A stretch of 63,933 nucleotides of DNA, the filler included, from Reticulomyxa filosa (Eukaryota > Protista > Foraminifera): assembly GCA_000512085.1 (NCBI GenBank). It is 21 parts of 21 records of this genome, joined end to end, with 100 filler letters (N's around TTAATTAATTAA, not from the genome) between each part and the next. Parts side by side here need not be neighbours in the genome. Positions count along the whole stretch, not along the records: positions 23,465 to 26,751 come from ASPP01018465.1; positions 26,852 to 30,325 come from ASPP01005150.1; positions 30,426 to 33,368 come from ASPP01020039.1; positions 33,469 to 41,985 come from ASPP01014009.1; 17 more parts are not named here. One strand, 5' to 3'. This document shows, piece by piece, positions 26,038 to 38,770 of the stretch. How positions within the stretch are numbered: the stretch's first letter is position 1; each line of letters opens with the position of its first letter. Made by a program: the position numbers and the translations under genes. Under the pieces are notes generated by a model. That model searched no databases. It saw only the letters and a program-made list of their open reading frames with translations, and was not told the origin of the DNA.

Positions 26038-26751
26038 TTACTTCACGATCTGGGCCAGCTGGCCTTGCAGATACAGGTTGGCCATCTTGTCCAGGCTTAC
26101 CGGCTTGATCTTGCTGGCCATGCCGGCAGCGCCAAACGCTTCGTAGCGGGCGATCACGATGTCGCGCATGGCCACGGTGCTGGCGGCCAGGTATTTGCGC
26201 GGGTCGAACTCTTTCGGGTGCTGCGCCATGAAGCGGCGGATGGCACCGGTAGAGGCCAGACGCAGGTCGGTGTCGATGTTCACCTTGCGTACGCCGTGCT
26301 TGATGCCTTCCACGATCTCTTCCACCGGCACGCCGTAGGTTTCACCCAGGTCGCCGCCGAATTCGTTGATGATGGCCAGCCACTCTTGCGGCACGCTGGA
26401 CGAACCGTGCATCACTAGGTGGGTGTTGGGGATACGAGCGTGGATTTCCTTGATGCGGTCGATGCGCAGCACGTCACCGGTGGGTTTCTTGGTGAACTTG
26501 TAGGCGCCGTGGCTGGTGCCGATGGCGATGGCCAGCGCGTCCACGCCGGTGTCTTTCACGAACTGGGCGGCTTCTTCCGGGTCGGTCAGCAGCTGGCTGT
26601 GGTCCAGCACGCCTTCGGCGCCCACGCCGTCTTCTTCGCCAGCCATGCCGGTTTCCAGGCTACCCAGGCAACCGATTTCGCCTTCTACCGATACGCCGCA
26701 GGCGTGGGCAAAGTTCACCACGGTACGGGTGACGTCCACGTTGTAGGCGTA
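26038..26751 (-). CDS. fba: Class II fructose-bisphosphate aldolase (5' truncated)
   Basis: Motifs [49 protein letters not shown] and FDPRKYL. Confidence 0.95.
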   Translation of the reverse strand, partial: YAYNVDVTRTVVNFAHACGVSVEGEIGCLGSLETGMAGEEDGVGAEGVLDHSQLLTDPEEAAQFVKDTGVDALAIAIGTSHGAYKFTKKPTGDVLRIDRIKEIHARIPNTHLVMHGSSSVPQEWLAIINEFGGDLGETYGVPVEEIVEGIKHGVRKVNIDTDLRLASTGAIRRFMAQHPKEFDPRKYLAASTVAMRDIVIARYEAFGAAGMASKIKPVSLDKMANLYLQGQLAQIVK

Positions 26752-26851
26752 NNNNNNNNNNNNNNNNNNNNNNNNNNNNNNNNNNNNNNNNNNNNTTAAT
26801 TAATTAANNNNNNNNNNNNNNNNNNNNNNNNNNNNNNNNNNNNNNNNNNNN

Positions 26852-26893
26852 TATTATTATTATTATTATTATTATTACTATTATTATTATTAT
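26852..26893. repeat. (ATT)n microsatellite at contig edge
   Basis: Direct reading. Similar tracts end other contigs, for example (GAA)n at ~41955-41985. Confidence 0.9.
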
Positions 26894-29679
26894 ATCTTTT
26901 TCTTGTGCTACTGCCTAATAACAGACGAGAACAAATAATAATAATTATTATTATAGCAGTCAATAGCAGTGACGAACCACAGAATTCTATGGGTCTACAG
27001 CAACAGCTACCATAATTATAACAATTCCCACAATCACAACTATTGATGCAACCAGCAAAGGATCAAAATTGTTCCAATCGCCTGAGATGGGGGATATTCG
27101 TTTTGTAAACAAGGTGTAATCTAACTGGATTTAATATTGCAAAACATAGTAATTAAACTGTGTTAATTTATATATTAACTCGTCAAGTATTGTTACATGA
27201 TCTCTTTGCAAATGCAATCAAGATATCAATCATATCATTATCTTGGGTTTGGATGAATTTTCATAGACTTTGTTGGCAAATTGCTATTAAAAAAAAAAAA
27301 AACAAACTGTTTGCTTTGCATATCAAGTATTTATACAATCATTGATTTTTTTTTTTTTTTTTTAAAAAAAAAGTTGAATTGATGTCGATGAACTGAAATA
27401 ACAAAAACATTCGAAAAAGCAAGTCTAACTGATACAAAAAAAAAAAAAAAAGATTGCATGTGAAGTAAGAAGTTTGATTAAAATTTAAAGTGAAAAGGAC
27501 AAACAAAAAAAAAAAAACTCATTAGTCAATTCAAATTGGCGCTATTTAACTTTGCGTCGGCGCAACGGTCTAGTCACAAGAAGGAGTCAATTATTGGAAC
27601 ATTGATCATCAGCAAATTTAATAATAAATTGGCTTATCATCATTTATGACATGATCTTTACCCCAATGCCAGCGCTTGTCAAATATTACATCTTTATAAT
27701 CTACAATTGCCAAAATTGATTGATTAAATAGAACGTTATTGGACGATTCTATAATTCAAACAAACTATAATCACACAAAGTATGTCAATATGTTTTTTTT
27801 TTAATATATAAAATAAATACATTTTTTTTTTTGTTAAAGGTCGACTTTGGGATTCGAATCCACATCTCTGCTACATTATAATGAGCTGGAGCATTGCACG
27901 ACTATCTACATTGTTGATATTACTATCAACAATATAGCACAACTGTGTGCCAATGTGTAAGCAAGGATATACAAGACCCTGCGACCGGTGCGAATATATC
28001 CAAGACGCACTCCAACACACTGACTAGACTATCAACCTTTTTGCGGTTGAACCACCTACAAGAAGATCCGAAGAACTTCTCAAAGATGGCTGGACATAAT
28101 GCAGCCAAGGTCATTATACATTCGGAGGTCTTTGCAACCTACTGTATTAAGCTAAGCCGCCAAATTAGTTATGGGAATTGATCGTTTGTGTCACCACCAC
28201 CATCCAATCACAATAAGGTTTTATTAAAAAAAAAAAAAAAAAAATTTAAATGGAAACATATATAATAGTCCGGCTCCGAATAAAAAACATATTTTCGGAT
28301 TTCAATAAAGTGATACACGAAACTTTTTTTTCGACGTCTGGTGCAAGAACATTGAAAGGTATAGATCATGTATTTAAATCAAAATAAAATTCTTTTTTAT
28401 TAATGTTGTTATTGGAACAATGAAAAATTTTTGACTTGTTGTTCTTCGGCCCAAATCCAAAGTACAAAATCAAAAAGATCAAAGAAATAATTTTGAGAAA
28501 ACAGACCAAAAAACAAAAAGTGAGAAGCAACAAAACAAAAAAGGGCAACTCAGAACTTTGCTCGTAACTTAGAAATTTTATGTTATTTATTTTTAATTGA
28601 TTTATTCTGCATTTGGCTACAATTGAAAAAATTGTATGCTTACACTATCTAGAAATTCTTGAACAAAACCTAACTCAACTTGCAAAAAACTATTAAAAAA
28701 AATACTTATAAAAAATTACAACAACGATTACTTATTTGAATGTAATGCCCTTTTTAATTTAATAATAATGTGTGATTAGTGTCATTTGGTAATATTGACA
28801 TTGGAATATTTATTAATTTGATTATTGCATTTCAATTTGATTCAATATTTTTCATTAATTCAATATTGCTATTCAATGTAAATATATATTGTATTTAATT
28901 AGATATTACCAGAAAAGGAACAATGATTAATCATTAATAACAAAACAATATATCATATGCAAATCAGATATATTTTTTGTTCACAATATGGCGACAATGA
29001 TAAATTAATGAAAAACAACATTAACCACTTCATCAATTCACATTATTATTTTTTTATTTCAACGCTTTAAAAAAATGAACTTCAAGAAATAATTAAGATT
29101 TTATTACGATATCATACAAAAAATTTTATTGAAGCTAAAATAAGTTTTTCAAAAATTTTTCAAAAAAGAAAGTGTTATGCATGTGCTAATATATTTATGT
29201 TGATATCGATATTATTTTTGTCTTAGTCAAGTGGAATTTAATATAATATTTTTATTTCTTTTATAACATTACATAAACAAATCAAACATAAATATATTTA
29301 ATTTTAATATATTTTATAGTTCGTAAAAAACTAGCACATTCATCACACTTTTTATAAACATATGAAAATATTTTAATTTAAAAAATTGTTAGTTTTGCTT
29401 GCACGATACATTAGTAAATCGTTTACATTTATCATTGATGAAATGTATTGACAAAAATAGTAAGTTCAATTGTAAAATTACTTTATTTCTCTTAGTGTTG
29501 TTGTAAGAGATCTATTCAAGAAAATGTAACTGTTGAAAAAAGAGAGATTTAGGTTTCTTTTCGTTCCACGGACAGCAAAATGAAAAACTAGAAGTTAAAA
29601 AAGTATAGTATTCGCGTGGGAATTCAAAAGCGTTGTTGAACGTAGAAAAAACTAAAAAAGAACAACATTATTAACGCAA

Positions 29680-30277
29680 ATGCAACATATTTTTATTGGT
29701 TATTGCAAATATTGTGGAGGTGAAGGGTATTATGTCGGTTCGAATACAGTGAATTGGTTAGTCTCACAAGCGAATGCAAATTCGTGCAAGCATGAGCCAG
29801 TAGAAAGAAGTGAGCTAAGTAATGAATCGAGTGGATGCTTTCCGACAGTGAAAGAAGCAACTTATCGAGAGAGTTTGACAAATAGGAAAAGGAATAGTGA
29901 AAAATGCATTGAAAGATTAAAAAAGGATTTGCAAAGTTTTATCAATTGTGTGCACTTTTTTTTTTTTTTTTTTTTTGGGTGCTTTCCCCCTCTACCCTTC
30001 TTCCTCCCCCCCTCCCCTCTTGCACATATCAAAAAAAAAAAAAATCGAATAAAATAAAGAAATGCAAGAAGAAGCACAAATAAATGAACACGCAATTGAG
30101 ACAACATTTGAAGCGTTGACAGCAAAGCTGAGACAAAGAAAAGAAGAGTTGTTAGAAGAGGCAAGAGCAAAGCAAAAGGAGCGCGAAGCGGAGTTAATCA
30201 AGTTGAAAGAGGAATTGATCAAATATGGAAAGTCTTGTGAAAAGGCAGTGCACGATTTATGGCATATCATTAAAAAG
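29680..30277 (+). CDS. Coiled-coil protein resembling the B-box C-terminal coiled coil of TRIM proteins (3' truncated)
   Basis: Exons 29680-~29948 and ~30060-30277. IETTFEALTAKLRQRKEELLEE fits the BBC pattern I..F..L...L..RK..LL. N-terminal CKYC. Confidence 0.45.
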
Positions 30278-30783
30278 TTTTAGCTTATTATTTTTTGATT
30301 TTTATTACTTTTCTTTTTTTTTTTTNNNNNNNNNNNNNNNNNNNNNNNNNNNNNNNNNNNNNNNNNNNNTTAATTAATTAANNNNNNNNNNNNNNNNNNN
30401 NNNNNNNNNNNNNNNNNNNNNNNNNTCAATGAGGAACAATGGTTTGTGATTTTGTATTTATTTATATGTCTACTCTTTTGTTATTTAATGTTGTGTGTTT
30501 GTGTGATTAATAGGATTCCCCCGCAAAGAAAAAATATATATGTTTATATCATTTATTTATTTACCCCCCCATACAAAAAAAAAAAAAATTGCAAGTGTTT
30601 TTACAGGGAAAAGAAATAAAAATGTAATTCTACTTATCCAGTTATCAATATATTTTGTTGTATGTATTTAAAAGATATAAAATGTAACTTTGTTTGTTTT
30701 GTGATATAGGTCGGCGCAGCAAATACGTAGCAGTGATGGTTATCTTGAAGGGGGTTGGCGAATAGGGGGAAAAAAAAGTGAAG

Positions 30784-30880
30784 AAAAAAATGAATAAGGG
30801 TGGAGAAAAAGAAATGAATAAGGGGGAGGAAAAAAATGAATAAGGGGGAGGAGAAAAAAAAATACATAAGGGGAGAAGAA
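30784..30880. repeat. Degenerate minisatellite, ~23-25-bp unit (A7-TGAATAAGGGGGAGG), about 4 copies
   Basis: Repeated aaaaaaatgaataagggg(g/t)gag units. Confidence 0.6.
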
Positions 30881-33525
30881 AAAAAATAAAGTAATAAAAA
30901 AAAGAAATGTAATAATAAATAAAAAAAAGGGGAAGAAAAAAAATGGAATAATAAAAAAGAAAAAAAAAGGTTATAGAAAAGAAAAAAGTAAAAAATAAAA
31001 AAAAGTTAATGATGAAAAAGATAAAGAAAAAAAAAGAATAAGAAAAGGAAGAAAATTATATTTTAATTTTTTAATTTTATATTATAAAAATTGATTATCC
31101 TGCGCGGGATAACAAGTTAAGTATTTTTTTTTCTTTTTTTTTTTAAATATCAATGTGAAAATAAACTTATGACATTATAGAAATCAAAGACGAAGATGGG
31201 ACCAATGATTTCAGATTCAAGATCAATGGCAATTGTACTGATGGGATTCAACAAAGCAACTAGAATGTGGAGCAAAATAGAATTGATAATATTGAATGAA
31301 CCAAATTCTTCATTGGCGAAGGACATGATCAACAATTTATTATTTCAATTCGATATTCATTTATTAATTTGACAGTTCGATTGGCGAGGATATTGAAGTG
31401 GAGTACAAGAAGTGGGCAATGCAAGTGATCAATAGCACGACGCAGCTAACAACGTAAATATTTATATGTGTTCAATACAGCCGCTGTTTTAGTGTCTCCA
31501 ACTTTATCACAAACGTGGATCTGGATATGTTAGGTACATAAACACACACACAACAGTCGTTTGATTGTATCTTCTATAGACATATATGCAATCAATATAC
31601 AGGATTTCAAAATAGAAATAATTCGCTTTGTACAGTCTCCCGAAAGATATTCTCAACATACCAGATTTTCATGGTACATACACGTATTTAAAAAAAATTA
31701 ACGGCCACCAGTGATGACAACTGCATCTTCCAACCACACGGCCCAAAGAATTTATCTAGACATGCGGATGTCAAACAAAGTTGTTAATGTAAACAACAAC
31801 TTGCAATTCCAGGTCATTGTTAATGCGATTTCAATTCTTTTGCGCCAACGGCTTTGTTGCAAGTATTTGGGCATAATCTTCGAATTTGTCCAATGAGTTA
31901 GTACGTTGTCTTCAAGTCGAACAAGTGTACCATGTCATCAATATTTCGTGCTTAAGAATTGAAGTTGACTCCAAGACTCAATATCGAAACCATACAAGAC
32001 CAAGTTCCGCATATCCAAATATCACAGTCAAAATGAGAAAAAAGGTAAATCGTCGGACTAAGTATGTACTTTTTCTTTCTTGAATAATACCCAGTTGGTG
32101 CGTCCTGTGAAAATAGGTTTGAAACAATAAAAAATATCAAGCAAGTGAAAGCGTGTATATTATTAACAAGTTGCACAGAGCATAGTCTTCATATAACATA
32201 TATTAATTGTTGACTATGTCTTGGATGAATAGTCAGTGTTTGAATGATGAATAGACGCATTGAACGTCTTACCGTCGGCTGCAGATAATATTGGCACTAT
32301 TTGTGAGCAATCCGACCCCATTCGACAATACGCTGCTTACATTCACTCATCTCCAAATTGTATTGATGTATACAGTCAATATTGAAGATGTCCAGTTAAT
32401 ATATTAACACGGCCAGCAAACGAGTAAATTGGGATCATGATCAGCAGCCTTGGAATAGACTACACGAAATGATCATTTTGCGTCCAAGAGGCAACTTGAA
32501 ATTGCATTTCCAGTTTCAAGATATTGTCCATATCACCACCAAAAATTACAAAAACAATATAAATTAAGTATATGGGCATATGCAGCGTAATTTATATTAT
32601 CCAGCTTGGTATTTCCTTGGTCTATCGCAATCAAAACTTAAAAGTATATTGTTTGTGTAAGTGCACAAACCAATAAACATAATATATGCAGTCCAGGAAA
32701 GATAACTTCATCATAGCTTTGACGAGTGTAAGTGTGATCGACAAAGAAAAGATGATGAGTTCAAGTAAATTCATATTTTGTGGAGAATTCCTCATGGTAC
32801 GTAATCCTGCCATTGCCCGAATCCAAGACAGAAAATGCATCAATAAATTCCAGAACAATAAAAAAAAAGGCATACAAAAGGACAAACCTCAAACCAAGTA
32901 CGAAGGACAGCAGCTTTATCTGACGGTATATGTTATTTTTATCATATTTTCAGTTGTTGTGAGATATCTTAACTAAAACCATGTGAACATGTATTTTTTA
33001 ATTGTAGAACGACCTACTTTAGGTTTAGAATGAAAAAAAGGAGAAGATGATGAAAAAGAAAAGAAAGAAGCAAACGTGTGGTATATGAATTATGCCAAGA
33101 ACTACGACAGCTGACAATGAAGCGCGAAAGAAGTATTAGCATATCGAGAGACGCGAGCAGATAACGATGATCGCCACAATAAATCAGTTTCATCAAGACT
33201 TTAATTGCTGTCGTAAGATTGTAAACGCAAAGAACTTCATTGTCGACCGTGTTTCTTTCATTGCATATCATACAAGGTCACTCAAATTAACACGCAATAT
33301 TTTTAATCAATTTACTCCAACTAGTCAATGCGCATGATTGGTCGAATATTTGTCGCTTTTTTTTTTTTNNNNNNNNNNNNNNNNNNNNNNNNNNNNNNNN
33401 NNNNNNNNNNNNTTAATTAATTAANNNNNNNNNNNNNNNNNNNNNNNNNNNNNNNNNNNNNNNNNNNNAAAAAAAAAAAAAAAAATAAAAAAAAAAAAAA
33501 AAAGGAAAGTAAAGAAATAAATCAA

Positions 33526-35865
33526 GTGAATCGCGATGATGTGTTTTTCTTGGCAAGTCATATCTCCAAAAGCAATGTGACGGAGAAGCTCATCGCGTGG
33601 AAACTCGTCGAACAATGCTTTTATAAACTACGAAACCGAAGCGACGGTCTCACGCGAGAGCTTATCATTGACACGTGTAAAAAACTTTATGAATTGTACC
33701 AATTGGATTTGTGCTTTGTGCAAATGCATTGGGAAGCGATTCAAATGCATGTCAGCAGAGCGATTCAAATGCAACGAGAGCGCAAGGGCAGATATTTTTG
33801 GAGCAAGAGCGCCGATGCAGAAGAAGAAGAAGAAGAAGAAGAAGAAGAAGAAGAAAGAAGAAGAAGATAATGATGACGACGATGATGATGATGATAAAAA
33901 AAGACCTTCTCCTGCGCTTGATGCGTTTTTCGAAGATATAAAGACTCTATGCAACGACGAGAAAGACAAGGAAAGTGAAAAGGGGTCTGACTCACCTTCT
34001 TTATATCTTTCTGATGTTGGAGGCGATCGTCAAAGTTATAAATCCGAAGGTTAGTGGTTATTTACCATCGAGAAATAAAACACGATATAATAAAGCTATC
34101 ATAATAATATGTGCATATATGTGTATATGTGTGTGTGTGTGAAGGATCTCAGAAGGGTGAATCCGAAAAGAACGAACAAAAGTAACTCGCTTAGCAAGTA
34201 TAGCAGTCCATCCATGGACTCGGTTCGTCGAATGAAGGAGACAGCGGCGTCGGAATACCAAGACGATCCAAGTAGTCGAGATTCTGCCCGCTTGAGCTCA
34301 CTGAGCAGCAACATGAGCAGTAACATGAGCAGTAACATGAGCAACAGTTGCAGTGAGGAACAGACCAACACAAAAGAGCTAGATGTCGTAGGCACTATCG
34401 TCGCTTGTCTCATTGAAAACTCCTTTGTAAAAAAGTGGTTCACCGTCTCCAAATTTTACTCCATTCTTTCCAAGTCGTATCTGCCTTCCGCTTGTCCGAT
34501 CGATCTCCACTCTTGTGAAACCGCCTTCCAAACAGCGAACCACCCACTTCCGATGTTAAAAAGTTTCATCACAAAATTCACCCTTCTAATCCGGCTGAAA
34601 ACTGTTACTATTATTGCTGGCCGCTTAAAAAGTGTCCCATTTGCAAAAAAAGTTGGGTCTTATATACATGCATACATACATACATACATACATACATACA
34701 TACATGTATATAAGTACATAAATATAATATTGTTGTCTTTGTGGACGAAAAAGAGGAACCTAAGGAAATGAATCCAAACAGTGACAATGAGCAATTGACA
34801 GAGACCAATTTTCAGCCAGTGGACGAGATCAAGGAACGTCCATCCAAAAAAACAACCTCCATCATGCCCTGCGTGAGTGCGCCTGTTCGCAGTGTGTATA
34901 CCAAGCACAACGACGCTATGATGTACATGATGCGCTACGTGGTCGAAAACGAGTTCTTGGATCGATGGTTCAAAGCCGCGGACTTTCATCTTTCATGACA
35001 ACCAAAGCCTCAGAACAACGAACCTTGGACTGCAACAGCAGTAGTCTGATCGAGTGCAAGAAGCTCATGGACACGTGCAAGCACGCCAACACCGACGTTC
35101 CGATGTTCCACAAGTATGCCCCCGATCAAATTAAAAAAGTCTTCTTTACTACTATTGCTCCCCCGTTGCAAATTGTTCCATTTGCAAACGTTAGGCAAAA
35201 AAAAAAAATAAATGCATAAATAAATAAATATATACATATATACATATATACGTATACATATATATGCATATATGTATATGTACATATACATATATATATA
35301 TATACATTGTATAGAACAATGCCAAAAAAAGTCGGACAAAAGGTCACATTTAATAAGATCAAACATTATGCACCGATCCCAAGTTATGAAGACAGCGATG
35401 GCAAAACGGGGAATAAACGACCTCACAACAAGAAGGTGCCCAGGCCAGTACTTACTCATTGAAACCTGCGATTCGAAACATGCGATACACGATTGCGAGC
35501 ACCGTCGAGTTAATAGCAACGAGCCATTTCCAGGACAGGTGGTTCACGGCTTCGGATTTCCATGCCATCTTTTCCGAATGGCATCAACGCCACCGCGTTT
35601 CGGACTGTCCTACTTTTGCTGAAACTTGCGGTGTTCTCATTTGCATGTCCAAGTATCCACAGACCACTATCCTCATGTTCCATAGCAAAAAACCATCAGC
35701 TTCGGAGCATATCAAGTTTTATCTTTGCTGGCCTGTACTCAGCTGCACGTACTGTCTTACAGATAAAAAAGATTACGACGTGGAAAGGTTTAAAGTAAGG
35801 CTGAAAAACAAACCTTTGTTGCAGGAACATGAGCCATCAGGCAAGAAGTACATAAATACTTTTTG

Positions 35866-35896
<31 letters not shown>

Positions 35897-36007
35897 ATTT
35901 TTTTTTTTTTTCAAATTACGTACATAGAACATTCCAACGCTGAGGATAACGGTGACAGTAATAGTATGGCTGCGTGTCGGACTGAAAAAAGAATCACAGG
36001 TCGCTGA
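33526..36007 (+). CDS. Multi-exon protein with acidic tract and three copies of an unrecognised ~90-aa His/Cys domain (5' truncated)
   Basis: Copies at ~34382-34651, ~34912-35189 and ~35492-35756 share ENxF..[RK]WF...F...C...[HY]P...FH...YxCxPxxxCxxC once three homopolymer frameshifts are corrected. Confidence 0.7.
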
Positions 36008-37084
36008 TTGGAGAAGTAGAAGGGCGGGAGCATAGAATCATAGGACAACCGGGCCAGAGTTACTCAAAAAAAAAAAAAAAAAAAAAAAAATTGTTTTCAT
36101 TTCTTTAATACATAAAGTCTGGTTTTTAAAAATAATTTGATTAGTTCGGCTTTGCATCCTTTTTGTTGTGTGTCTTTTTTTCGAGTTAGTGGTGGCCAAA
36201 TATCTCTATCTTTTTTTAATACTTTTTGTGATAGCCATCTTTTTTTTCATTTTCCCAACTCTTCTCTGTTTTATCAATTTTCATTTATGTCCGAATTCCA
36301 CAATGTACTGTTTTGTCTGCTTTCATCAACAGCAATGTAAAGTAACAAAAAAAAGAATGCTAATAAAGCGTCAATAGTCTGTTAGATATCTAATATCAAG
36401 CGAGTCCCAACGATGGCAAATGCTCGAAACAACATCACAAAGAACAAAAAAAAGAAAGAAGGAATTCTGCGCCAATGCTATAAAAATCTGATGTGGTATG
36501 TCGTAAATAGCGAATTTGCGTTTGCTTTTTTTTGGGAATATTTGTTATATGATTATTTTGTTTACTTAAGAGAAAAAATTTTCAAAAGTTTACTTAGTGA
36601 GGATCTGACATTGCGATTAGTTGATGTTCAAATTTTTTCTTTTTCCAAAAGCGTTTAATACAATTTTTTGAATTGAATCGGTTTTGATTAAAATAAAGTT
36701 TAGTTCTGCACTAACCGAGAATCAAGAGTAGCAGCGGAAAGAATATAGCGGATATATACTCTTGCTAAACACGATATCAGCCACTCTGATTGGATTCTTG
36801 TATATCACTCACTACACAAGATATCAGTATACAATTTTTATACGTTTTTGATTTGTTTCACGTTTTATTCGTTTACATTGAAAGTTTTAATTTTAATTGT
36901 TAAAATCTGACTCTAGTATTATTGCTTTTTTTTGATTAATGTTTGGTTTTTCGAGCAATTTTGAATGGAAAGTAAATGTTGTGAATAAGAAATTGAATTA
37001 GCCAATACTCAAAAAAGTAGAGGTTCAAATAAAAAAGGGGAATAAAAATTGTTTAAAAGACCAAGATTTATTTGTAAGTACATA

Positions 37085-38306
37085 ATGCAGTGGTTGAAGA
37101 ATTCTCAAACTAGGTTTCAAAATGAGGTCGTGTGTGTCAAACCCAACAACATTGAGAGCATAGCACGACAGTTGGTAAGTTACACTTTAACTTTTGTTAC
37201 AACAAAACACAAATATGCTTTGTTGAATGTCTGGGCTAATTAATAAAAAAAAAACAGACAGAAAAACAAATGCAAACTATTATCCAACATTGGCTTCGAA
37301 TTTTATATGTGAGGTTGGGATGGATCCATAATTTTGACACAATTGTACTCAAATACGTTAAGTTATCACGTAAAGAAATATTCACCCTGTAATGTGAGTC
37401 ATCAACATCATCTAAACACAGGCTAAATTTTTCCAACTGCTTAAAGTTTTGCGAGGGCACAGTGGTCCAGTACGAAGTGTAAGATTTTCATTTGATGGCT
37501 GCAGGGTTATTTCAGGGTCAGATGATCACACAGTTCGAATATGGGATATTGCATCAGGACAACAAATTCAAATATTCCACACACCCAATTCGTTGAGCGG
37601 CATTGCAAAATTTTCCCCTGATGGGAATATCATCGCGTTATATTCATGGAACATAACAAATCAATTTTTGGATGTGAAAACAGGAAAAGAAGTGAGGTTA
37701 TTAAACGGAAATTTTGGGCGAGCGTACGCAATGGACTTTTCTCCAGACGGCAAAAATATTGCCATAGGTCTGCATGATGGTGTGGTACAATTATGGAATG
37801 TAAAGAATGGAAAAGAGATTATATCATCGTATAGTCATTCTGAAAGTGTACGGGATGTAAACTTTTCATCAGATAATAAAATGCTTGTGTCATGTTCGGA
37901 TGACACAACAATTAGCGTATTGGATGTAAAGTCATGTAAAATATTGATAAAATTGAAAGGGCATTCTCATTCAGTGCTAAGTGTAAAATTTTCTCCGGAT
38001 AACAAATTTGTGGTATCTTGTTCTTTGGATAAAACAATTCGAATATGGAATTTACAATCAGGAGACGAAGTAATGCAATTTGAAGGGCATTCATATGAGG
38101 TGAAGGACGTAAAATATTTTCCAGATGGTAAAATAGTTGCATCTTGTTCGGCTGACAAGACGCTTCGATTGTGGGATGTGACGTTAGGGTGTGAAATAGA
38201 CATGTTAGTAGGGCATGCTTCTTACGTGAATAGCTTGGATATTTCGCCAAGTGGGTATACAATTGTGTCATGTTCTTCTGACAATACTATAAGAATATGG
38301 ACATGA
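37085..38306 (+). CDS. WD40-repeat protein (about 7 blades), lineage-expanded family
   Basis: Exons 37085-37174, 37258-37356 and 37422-38306. N-terminal IIQHWLRILYVRLGWIHNFD module, then repeated GH...V..V.FS.DG..I.S.S.D.TIRIWD. Confidence 0.92.
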
Positions 38307-38770
38307 AGATACCCACACAAATATACAAAAGATCGTTTCTTTGTTGAACAAAACTTTGTAATAAAAAAAAGTATCACTTTTGATTGCTAGTTTTAATTAA
38401 TAACTTTTTTGTGGATTTACATTCAGTTAAAAAAAAGATTCTCTGAAACAGTTAAATCCGCGAAGCAAGAGAGTATATATTGATTGTTTAGGAAACAATT
38501 TTCTTGTTTTTAAACAAACTACAAATTTTCCTCAAAAAATTGGTGAATGGACAGCAAATAAAAAGCAGAAGATAGCATCACGAAAGTGTTTAAGAAAATT
38601 GGTACAAGAAAAGGTGTTCACAATAAATTGAAATTAACAACAGAGTTTAGACGGCCATATGAAGCGTCACAATAACCAAAAAACAGTACTACACGGAGCC
38701 CAACTATCCGTTTCGAACCACACACAAACAAAACTTCCTTTTATTTTTTTAAAATTGCTTTACGATAACT

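Noticed and set aside
30880-31060. A-rich purine tracts here and at 42100-42400 and 59508-60100 as telomeric or functional repeats
   Set aside because: No fixed unit. They look like low-complexity intergenic DNA or poor-quality read ends.
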